A stretch of 64,000 bases of DNA, taken from the IMG/VR virus record IMGVR_UViG_3300020048_000048, positions 1 to 64,000 of that record; one strand, written 5' to 3'. The position numbers and the translations under genes were made by a program. Of this stretch, positions 19,501-26,661 are shown in pieces. A model generated the notes under the pieces. That model did not search any database. It was not told the DNA's origin and was given only the letters and a program-made list of their open reading frames with translations. The DNA is from a virus. The stretch's first letter is position 1, and every line of letters starts with the position of its first letter.

Positions 19501-20236
19501 TTGTTTCTTTATTTTCACTTAAGAAATTTCTAATCTGATTAAAAATTCCACCACCAGACCCACCGCCACCTCCTGTTGCAATTTCTGCAACAACTTTTTC
19601 AGCTTCTGTCATTGTGGTTTTTAATTTTTCTTGAGTAGAACTTAAATCTTGGGTTTTTTGGACTAAATCATCCTGAGCTTTTATATATTCTGAAGAACCT
19701 TTTTCCATATTCTTCATAGATTCTGCTAATGAATTAATTTCACTAGTTGCGTTAAGTAATGATTCTTTTAATTTATTTATCTCTTGACCAGCTTGTTGAT
19801 CAAGAAAATTTGATGAACCAGATAATCCTTTTGTAACATTTGAAAGACGATCTTGACCTAAATTTGACTGCCAGTATAAGCTTTGCTGTCTCGTTTGTAA
19901 CAATGTCTGCAACGAATTTGGAGCGTTTTGATTCTGATTCCAATTGCTCATTCCACGAACATTTTCTCTTGATGTTGTTGCTGAAAAAATATCAAAATTA
20001 CTAGCACTCCCAGTATAAATATTTGACTGAGGAGCTTTAGGCGCAGAATCCCAATTCACAGGATGTGGATTATATGCACCACTTGGCATACTTATTGAAC
20101 TAATTGGTGTATTTATTGAACCACCTGTTGTTCCATTTCTCATATTTACAGCTTCGTCTCTTAAAGAAGCGTACAAATCTTTTACTTGCTGTAAAGTTTG
20201 AGAAAGGTTTTGGGTGTCAATGTTAATTTTTGTCAT
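16562..20236 (-). CDS. Putative tape measure protein
   Basis: 1224 aa, helical, Ala/Gly/Ser-rich with hydrophobic Gly-rich segments; upstream of baseplate genes. Confidence 0.6.
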   Translation of the reverse strand: MTKINIDTQNLSQTLQQVKDLYASLRDEAVNMRNGTTGGSINTPISSISMPSGAYNPHPVNWDSAPKAPQSNIYTGSASNFDIFSATTSRENVRGMSNWNQNQNAPNSLQTLLQTRQQSLYWQSNLGQDRLSNVTKGLSGSSNFLDQQAGQEINKLKESLLNATSEINSLAESMKNMEKGSSEYIKAQDDLVQKTQDLSSTQEKLKTTMTEAEKVVAEIATGGGGGSGGGIFNQIRNFLSENKETIAGVASLGFNVASSYVGGQLTALRPDLFSESRIAQNVATSESALFKREMIQADPTRGENLVRMYGNMLGVEGKYLNQNGFKTADADAQKMLEREYSFQQKELTASQINLGKGLTDTSLMALTGWKFGGTAGAFVGAGMGLSSTVSGYLSQYSNNQSTMREGGLAGTFAGELLLGEDASSIAERNKQQFSTKWEARQKSLANELQDLEMESRQARKMSMGLDLNMETIKASQGWISSIGGYAYGTKGFKLSDLQMGELNDLKTYEEKIKQKGSEIDISVPTDSNKAMKGQFPSLGQTAKVEGMNVPTDSNQAMKGQFPSLGQTTKVEGMNVPTDSNKAMKGQFPSLGQTTKVEGMNVPTDSNKAMKGQFPEIKQISLKDALVIKETEDKVNKINSNISQISKDAINQTSHRDRTITSLDDSANFGEQIANGIGSVAKTVIHKALALGKNTSTYGYFSSDLFSKGFITKEQFDKINPNKGEDSLDFNSRVAEISIQNFKPTLQSLRTDSAYMQAKANEENVKKHNAEQLQKTQEAQDKITYAHGDSLAKMGLSFTDYANYRNTLTSSIAGGQASGAETTKFIRASRAGLGSMEQIAGNVSSLQGITRTEDLAKWKEIMTESISAGFDKAQTSQRFFGAVTELSQIAKTTSTTAVAEALKHVSSTSQKLMGGEESVASMLQAQRGLAGLEQKTSGTEGLMGVLKASHLGQYGNASETAGLARIGAIGLKSLIGKNEKDIVIGSDEFLAKEGLKLASKRKGVSEESIVAEISEVQMLQFMEQADAVSGGAFKKDLNTLKDLAYKKQYKGQEFKTTLMKLQNSLKDGASLSSEESFAHLSNVLFPTKESKDEYEKAVNKGNANYANPYQQARQKFYNRLQTDSGMSTSQTAGVEEIASYFKLGGAELSYTDKSGSMQKITKDNWKTSDLSQITKGDVMGAQLGVFDLQENKTSYISDISETVKTKFAEAVREGMSSAKNFNAGG
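18396..18670 (-). repeat. 78-bp tandem repeat (~3.5 copies, 26-aa unit VPTDSNKAMKGQFPSLGQTTKVEGMN)
   Basis: gaattgtcctttcattgct at 18398, 18476, 18554 and 18632. Confidence 0.9.
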
Positions 20237-20239
20237 TTA

Positions 20240-21052
20240 TTACACCTTATACTTAGATGTCTTTGATTTCCAATAATCACTGATTGGAACACCATTCTCT
20301 CCAAACATTTTTTCTTTTAACAACTTTTTTGTTTCATGATGACCACTAACCATTGACCATCTTTCTCTAAGGTTGTTGAGGGTATCCTTATTTTGAACTT
20401 TATCAAGAGCGTCCTTTACATGAGGATGTCCAATAGTTAAAGTTACAACTTCAGGATGTTGATCTTGCATAAGTTCCGCAAGGTCATGAACCGAAGTGTC
20501 AGGGTGAAGTGCCGATATCATTCTATGGTGAATATTTGGAGAATACGCAAGTTCATTAAGTCTTACTTTCCTGTCAAATTTATTCATCCCATTTAGTTTT
20601 TCAACTTCCTCTTCAAATTCATTTTTCTTTTCAGGCTCTTTATGATTGTTTTTTGGCTTAAATTCAATCACATCCCCTTTTATAACTTTTTCTAAGTCTT
20701 GTGATAATTTTTGCATATCAGCAAGTATCTCACTTTTTCGTACAACTGACATGAAAGAATCTGGTAACAAAACATGAGCAATGCCGTTATAAGCCATTGT
20801 AGAGTTTACATGTTTTGCAAAAGGATGCTTATTTTTATCACCCTGATTTGACATATTTATCGTTAGACACATTTTGTTATTTAATGGATTTTGCTTATGT
20901 TGTAAATTTCTAATTTCAAGAGCGTACCGATTTCCTTCATGTTCAAAAGTTTCTAAATGAGTTTTCCCAGTCTCTTTGAACGAATCTAACTCTTTTTCTT
21001 TCAAAACCTTGGCATCATCTTTTTTTAATAGAGAAACTAACAATTCTTTCAT
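20240..21052 (-). CDS. Candidate internal head protein (VRKS/VIKG motifs, His-rich)
   Basis: 270 aa; TAAAATAA at 21075-21082. Confidence 0.5.
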   Translation of the reverse strand: MKELLVSLLKKDDAKVLKEKELDSFKETGKTHLETFEHEGNRYALEIRNLQHKQNPLNNKMCLTINMSNQGDKNKHPFAKHVNSTMAYNGIAHVLLPDSFMSVVRKSEILADMQKLSQDLEKVIKGDVIEFKPKNNHKEPEKKNEFEEEVEKLNGMNKFDRKVRLNELAYSPNIHHRMISALHPDTSVHDLAELMQDQHPEVVTLTIGHPHVKDALDKVQNKDTLNNLRERWSMVSGHHETKKLLKEKMFGENGVPISDYWKSKTSKYKV

Positions 21053-21074
21053 AAATCACCTCTTTTTTGCTTAA

Positions 21075-21100
21075 TTATTTTAAGAAAAACTTTAAAATAA
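21075..21100. promoter_or_regulatory. Back-to-back late-type TAAAATAA boxes
   Basis: TTATTTTA at 21075-21082 (-) and TAAAATAA at 21093-21100 (+). Confidence 0.6.
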
Positions 21101-21121
21101 ACTAAACGGAGGCACTTTTTC

Positions 21122-23968
21122 ATGTTTGAAGCGATTATTGACAAATTTCCATTTTTAAAAGTGACACCATTTGGATTGACTGGGAAATGCCCAAATGTTA
21201 TTGATTTTTATTATGAATTTCAAGATTTTTATCCAGAAGTTTTTGAAGATGAAATAAAATTAATTTATACTGGTTGTAAAAATAAAGAAAACATAGCTGA
21301 ACAATTTTTTAAAGATCTTGAGAATAAAACGTTCCCCTTTTATTTTTCATTAGAGGTTGTAAAATCTGAAAAAAACCCAGAGTCAGGTGTCAACCACCAT
21401 GATGATATTTTTCATCTACTAAAAACAAGAAAAGAGCAATGGGAATATGGACATTCAAGAGCGTTTGACTATATGGCAAAAAAAACAACACATCCTCAAA
21501 GTAAAACTCTTGATTTTATGAAAGATAATATTAAAGGTTATGACGATTTGAAGGATTTTACAGAAGATGTTACGCATTACAATTTAAATACTGAATTTCA
21601 AAAACATGTATTAGAGCACTACCCTTGGTCTGTTGCGTATGATAAAGAAAAAAATCAATATTACAAGTTACTCCACAGGGGAGAAAATAACTATTCAATG
21701 TTCCAAGACCAATACAAGGGGCAAATAAAATCAGAAGTTGATTATTCAAAAGAACATAGTGAAAATAACCAACAGTTTCCAATTAACTCATTTACAACAA
21801 ATTTAAGAACTGCTAGAATTTTTGGTAAAGATATTCACTCATTAAAAGTTCCTTTAAATCATATTCATTTTGGCTTTCCTGAAGCTTACAATAACACAAA
21901 TCTGGGTCATGAACATGAATATTTAGTCGAAGGTGATAAGCTTGGAAAAGAATATCACGATATACAACAAGACCCTTACGAACACCATTTAGAGGTAAAT
22001 CCCGAATTAGGATCAGTTGGGAAAACTGGTCTTTTCAAACCAACAATAAAAACTTTTGAAAACTCTTATCCCGATTTGTCAGAAAAAGTTAAATTTGCAG
22101 AAACACTAGACCACCCATTTTTCAGGAGTTGGTTAAGTAAAAACTCAAAAGAAGTTCATGATGCATTGTTTAGAAAAATCTCACAAACATTAGGGAAACG
22201 ACAGGAAGTACACCAAAGTCATATTGACTTTTTTAATAAGTTTGAAGAATTAAAGCCACTTGCAGAATATTTACAAAAATTAAACGTTACTAAATCTGAA
22301 ATATTAACTAAAGTTGTAAAATCAGACGAATACGATAAAAGCCATGATTATTTTATAAAAAATGGCGTTGACAATTACGAAGAAATTTTACAAAAAATGT
22401 TTCAGGATAAAAAAGACAATTCTGAAGATTTTCAAAACATGATTCAAAACGGGGAAACTAAAAAATTCAAATCAGCGTATATGAACCTACTTTTTGAACA
22501 CTATCCATACACTTTCGCAAAAGGTACTTCTGGAGATGGTTTTTATAAAAAAATGGGAAGAACTGGGAAAATAGGACATTTTCAAACAAAAAGTGATACG
22601 TTTGAAACAACAAACCCCGCCAACTTAAGAGTTAATCTTTACGATATTCACGCAGGATTCCCAGAAGTCTTTCATCCAAAAAATAAATACCACAGTAATA
22701 CCTACATTGTTGACAAAAACGCAAAAGTTCAACACGATCCTGAAGTTGACGTTTTACATCATTTTAACGATATTAATGCTGAAACTTATGACAAAACCTC
22801 ACATGGAATGTTAATCCCAACTCCACAACAGTCAGCGGATTTATTTTTAGATGAATATCCTCTTTACCAAAACGTTGATTTTGCAAACACATTGGATCAC
22901 GAACCATTTAAAGAATGGCTTGAAAAGCATCAACATTTGGTTGTTCCAAAATTATTACAAAAAGTTCAAAATCAATTTTTATCAGATATTCCAAAATCAC
23001 ACTTTGATTTTTTTAAAAAATTTAAAGAATTTGCACCAATTTCAGAATATATTGACGGACAACTTGGAACATCAAAACCAAAAGAAGACGGAATTAATGG
23101 TGACGATTTTAGATATGCGAATGTTTATGACAGATATAAAGAACTATCAGATGCACACTTTATGGATGACCATATTTTTGAATCACTACTTCATTGGAAA
23201 AATAGTAATAGTAAAAGTTTTGAAAGACTTGTGGCATCAGGGAAAGCAGAAAAATTTCAAAAAGCCTATCACGACCTTATAAAAAAACACTTTCCCTATA
23301 CAATCGCTCAAAATGAAAATGGAGATTATTACAAAGAATTATTTAGGGGTCAAGAATCAAAAATAGACTATACCAAAGTTAATCCCATATTTATAAACGG
23401 TGGCGAAGTTAAGTTACAAGCTTGGTCAAGTGACAGGTCAATTGCAGATATGTTTGCAAAGGGGGATGATGCCCAAAACCACCTTGTTCACTTAGACGAT
23501 ATTCATGCAGGATACCCTGAAATGTTTTTTAACGGCTTTTATGGGAGTGAACAAGAATATTTAGTATCACATAACAAACCAAAACCAGAAATTAATAACT
23601 GGGACGAAGATCGTTCCAGACAAAAACAATTACACCACTTACAACTTAAACCACCACCATACCATCACATGGCAAATGCAATAAATTCAAAAAATCACAA
23701 TACTGGGTTTTTAGTACCAAGAACAAAACATGAGTCTGCTAAATTGTTTACTGATAGCTATCCAAATTTTTCACAAGAAGTTCTTTTCCACAAAACACTT
23801 AACCATGATCATTTTAAAGACTGGTTAAAAGAAAATCATGAAGAAGTTGTTAAGCAAATGAGCGAAAAGTTAGAAAAATACTCAAATGCTCGTCCTCATT
23901 CAAGTCATATTGACTTTTTTAATAAGTTTGAAGAATTAAAGCCTCTTGCAGACAAATTTAAGCAGTAA
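21122..23968 (+). CDS. Multi-domain protein with three tandem ADP-ribosyltransferase-like domains
   Basis: Domain 1 LHRG...NSFTT...HEHEYLV; domain 2 degenerate (GRTG...FETT...SNTYIV); domain 3 LFRG...AWSSD...SEQEYLV; each ends SH.DFF.KF.E..P. Confidence 0.65.
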   Translation: MFEAIIDKFPFLKVTPFGLTGKCPNVIDFYYEFQDFYPEVFEDEIKLIYTGCKNKENIAEQFFKDLENKTFPFYFSLEVVKSEKNPESGVNHHDDIFHLLKTRKEQWEYGHSRAFDYMAKKTTHPQSKTLDFMKDNIKGYDDLKDFTEDVTHYNLNTEFQKHVLEHYPWSVAYDKEKNQYYKLLHRGENNYSMFQDQYKGQIKSEVDYSKEHSENNQQFPINSFTTNLRTARIFGKDIHSLKVPLNHIHFGFPEAYNNTNLGHEHEYLVEGDKLGKEYHDIQQDPYEHHLEVNPELGSVGKTGLFKPTIKTFENSYPDLSEKVKFAETLDHPFFRSWLSKNSKEVHDALFRKISQTLGKRQEVHQSHIDFFNKFEELKPLAEYLQKLNVTKSEILTKVVKSDEYDKSHDYFIKNGVDNYEEILQKMFQDKKDNSEDFQNMIQNGETKKFKSAYMNLLFEHYPYTFAKGTSGDGFYKKMGRTGKIGHFQTKSDTFETTNPANLRVNLYDIHAGFPEVFHPKNKYHSNTYIVDKNAKVQHDPEVDVLHHFNDINAETYDKTSHGMLIPTPQQSADLFLDEYPLYQNVDFANTLDHEPFKEWLEKHQHLVVPKLLQKVQNQFLSDIPKSHFDFFKKFKEFAPISEYIDGQLGTSKPKEDGINGDDFRYANVYDRYKELSDAHFMDDHIFESLLHWKNSNSKSFERLVASGKAEKFQKAYHDLIKKHFPYTIAQNENGDYYKELFRGQESKIDYTKVNPIFINGGEVKLQAWSSDRSIADMFAKGDDAQNHLVHLDDIHAGYPEMFFNGFYGSEQEYLVSHNKPKPEINNWDEDRSRQKQLHHLQLKPPPYHHMANAINSKNHNTGFLVPRTKHESAKLFTDSYPNFSQEVLFHKTLNHDHFKDWLKENHEEVVKQMSEKLEKYSNARPHSSHIDFFNKFEELKPLADKFKQ

Positions 23969-24695
23969 AAAATTTATAATAACTATCTATCATTTTTAAA
24001 TTATCGTTATAAAAGTCTTCTAAAGGATGATTTACGATAGAACCCTCTTCTTTTACAAAATTAACCACACCATTATAAGAAACTGAGGTTGCATTTAAAT
24101 GACCTTGTGCGTTTTGATTTAATTGTCTTGCGTATTTTAAGGCAGTCCCATCAAAGCTTCTAAACAAAATTCTATTTGAAGAAAATTTATAACAACTTTT
24201 TATACCATGTAAAGAATTTGCATAATATGAAGTAATTGAAAAGTCATGTTCTTTTGTTTCAATTTCAAATAATCCATCAATAACTTCTTTGAATGTAAAA
24301 GAAGGAACGTCAACTTTAACATGTTTGTAGTTAAAAATAATCTCGCCAATTTTATCTCTATCGTTTGTTCCAAAAAACTTCAAATTCTTGCCAACAGCAA
24401 TTGACTCTTCAGTAAAAAATCCATTATCATAAAGGTTGGTAAAAAATGACAACGTTCTCAATATTTCATCATCTGGCGACAAACTCCAACAAGGAGAATG
24501 AGGTTTTGTATCAATAGTACTTTCTCCAGAATGATGATCTATAGAAAAAGCTCCTTTAATTGTAATATCTAAAGAAATATCACACGAAACACTATCCTTA
24601 TCTTTAAGATTTACTGGAATTAAGACATCATCGTTACTACTTACAAAATAAGCTGACAAATAGCCATCAGCATCTGAATGAAAAGCAATCCTCAC
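23958..24695 (-). CDS. DHH/DHHA1-family phosphoesterase
   Basis: HSDADG, LD, IDHH and C-terminal FRS...QGHLNA motifs. Confidence 0.7.
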   Translation of the reverse strand: MRIAFHSDADGYLSAYFVSSNDDVLIPVNLKDKDSVSCDISLDITIKGAFSIDHHSGESTIDTKPHSPCWSLSPDDEILRTLSFFTNLYDNGFFTEESIAVGKNLKFFGTNDRDKIGEIIFNYKHVKVDVPSFTFKEVIDGLFEIETKEHDFSITSYYANSLHGIKSCYKFSSNRILFRSFDGTALKYARQLNQNAQGHLNATSVSYNGVVNFVKEEGSIVNHPLEDFYNDNLKMIDSYYKFFTA

Positions 24696-24706
24696 AGTAA
24701 ACCTTT

Positions 24707-25213
24707 CTAATTAATGAATCCAAAAGCGAACTCATCAATAATAGTCATAGTGTCCTTACCATCTTCAAATCTTACATCCATCCACAAATGAGGGATCATC
24801 GCCCATAGTGAAGACTTATCCTCGCAAGAAACCATCAAAAATGGCTGTGTGATTTTTTGATGCTCACTATATGTTTTCCCACACGAACATTTTTTTAATT
24901 TCTTTCTCTCATTTGAGAACATTATATTTTTACAACTATGACATATATACATATTGCAAGTTTTTTTAGCATTGTTTTCCAATATTGGGATTAATACTTG
25001 ATTCGCCCCTTTAAGATACTTCATTAAGTATGATGTCATTTTTGCAGTCATTAAATTCTGAATTGCCTCCTCTGGCATCACTGGGTATACATTTTCACCA
25101 TGGACAACAAAAAAGGGATTCTTATAACCCTTATACCTTTCTATTGTTTTGTTATGGCAAAGAATACACTCGCTAAATGGAGTGTATACATTACAATGTT
25201 CGCAAAAATTCAT
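24707..25213 (-). CDS. Zinc-finger protein
   Basis: CEHC...CILC and CHSC...CSCG. Confidence 0.6.
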   Translation of the reverse strand: MNFCEHCNVYTPFSECILCHNKTIERYKGYKNPFFVVHGENVYPVMPEEAIQNLMTAKMTSYLMKYLKGANQVLIPILENNAKKTCNMYICHSCKNIMFSNERKKLKKCSCGKTYSEHQKITQPFLMVSCEDKSSLWAMIPHLWMDVRFEDGKDTMTIIDEFAFGFIN

Positions 25214-25225
25214 AAAAAGCTCCTT

Positions 25226-25495
25226 TCAATCACACACTGACATTTTTAAAAAAGATTCCATTACATCTGGGATCTCTTTTACAATATTTTTTAGAATAAT
25301 TTGAGCATTAGAACTTCTTGACGTTCCTAATAATAAAAAAGCATAATCCACTAATCCACCTAAAGTAACAACTGTATGAAAACATTTGTCACTATAAATG
25401 TTGTGGGAAAGAACCCAAGAATCCGCTTCGGAGTGTGAATTAAACCCTTGGTAATAAATTTTACTATTGTCATCTACAATTCCAAAATATACCAT
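25226..25495 (-). CDS. Hypothetical protein
   Basis: AGGAGG RBS; sigma28-like promoter upstream. Confidence 0.6.
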   Translation of the reverse strand: MVYFGIVDDNSKIYYQGFNSHSEADSWVLSHNIYSDKCFHTVVTLGGLVDYAFLLLGTSRSSNAQIILKNIVKEIPDVMESFLKMSVCD

Positions 25496-25518
25496 AAAAA
25501 AATCCTCCTATAACACAC

Positions 25519-25545
25519 TTAACGGAAGATTTTAAAAAAACTTTA
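25519..25545 (-). promoter_or_regulatory. sigma28-like promoter
   Basis: TAAAGTTT-N11-TCCGTTAA. Confidence 0.75.
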
Positions 25546-25547
25546 AT

Positions 25548-25805
25548 TTAAAACTCTTGGGTTAAAATTGGGATCCTTTCGTTTAAAAAAATCTCTTCAA
25601 AATTTTTAAAATTAACATTATTTTGAAAATTTTGCCAATCACTCCAAAAATAAGGTCCTAACATTTTACCGCAAAAATCATAATTACTATTTAAAAATAC
25701 ATAAACATTATGTGAAAACTGGCTCCACACAACAACAAAACTACCATAGATGAAAGAAAATTGTGCAATATCAGAAAAATTCTTTAATATAAATTTTTCA
25801 ATCAT
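25548..25805 (-). CDS. Hypothetical protein
   Basis: 85-aa ORF in an operon. Confidence 0.5.
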   Translation of the reverse strand: MIEKFILKNFSDIAQFSFIYGSFVVVWSQFSHNVYVFLNSNYDFCGKMLGPYFWSDWQNFQNNVNFKNFEEIFLNERIPILTQEF

Positions 25806-25806
25806 T

Positions 25807-26115
25807 TTAAAATCCCTCTAAAACACCTTTGTCTTTTGTTTTTTTAAACTTTTCCAAAATAACAATATGTCTCATGATATAAGTTCCATCATTTTCATAA
25901 TCATCTCTTAAAGAGGATGATTTTTTTACACTTGACAATAGTTGTAACAGTTGCTCAACTAACTGATCATTGCCTTCTGTATTATTATTTTCCTTTATCA
26001 ACTCAACACTGTTTTTCACAAACTCATTAAATTGACTTGATTTTTTTACCATAATTGGATCACTTTCACACATTGTCCAATAAGGGTTTCCGTTTAATAA
26101 TTCCAATTCCTTCAT
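25807..26115 (-). CDS. Hypothetical protein with two VKKS motifs
   Basis: 102-aa ORF; MVKKSS and SVKKSS. Confidence 0.55.
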   Translation of the reverse strand: MKELELLNGNPYWTMCESDPIMVKKSSQFNEFVKNSVELIKENNNTEGNDQLVEQLLQLLSSVKKSSSLRDDYENDGTYIMRHIVILEKFKKTKDKGVLEGF

Positions 26116-26615
26116 GCAAAATCCTCCACAAAATAATAACGAGAAAGATTGTCTTTCATCATTTCGTATTCCACTAAGTTAAAGTCCTTCAAGTCAACCC
26201 AGTTAGGTATTGTATTTCTTACAACAATACCGTTTTGGACATAAAAATACCCAACTTCCAAATTGTCAACTGAAAACATTCTATAAGAGCCGTCTTTTAA
26301 AGGCTCTCTGTTTTTTTTAAATTGAATTTCCAATTCAGATCTAAGTTCTATTTCCTCCTCTATAGAGATTTGAAGAAAACTTATCTTATTAAAAATCCAT
26401 GAATAATGAACCCGTGTGATAGACTCTTTTTCAAAAGAAAAAAACTCTTCAGACACATCATTACCTGCCTGTATTTCGTTTTGAAAAAATTCCATCATTT
26501 TATATTCGTTCAACTCTTTACAAGAATATAACGATGGGGTTGAAAATTCTTGTAAATTAACACTACCTAAATAGTGAAAAAAATCTTTATCTTTTTTTAA
26601 ATCATTTAAAAACAT
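26112..26615 (-). CDS. Hypothetical protein
   Basis: GGAGG RBS; sigma28-like promoter upstream. Confidence 0.6.
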   Translation of the reverse strand: MFLNDLKKDKDFFHYLGSVNLQEFSTPSLYSCKELNEYKMMEFFQNEIQAGNDVSEEFFSFEKESITRVHYSWIFNKISFLQISIEEEIELRSELEIQFKKNREPLKDGSYRMFSVDNLEVGYFYVQNGIVVRNTIPNWVDLKDFNLVEYEMMKDNLSRYYFVEDFA

Positions 26616-26634
26616 AAACGTCCCTCCAATACCC

Positions 26635-26661
26635 TTAACGGATTTTTTTGTTAAAACTTTA
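26635..26661 (-). promoter_or_regulatory. sigma28-like promoter
   Basis: TAAAGTTT-N11-TCCGTTAA. Confidence 0.75.
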
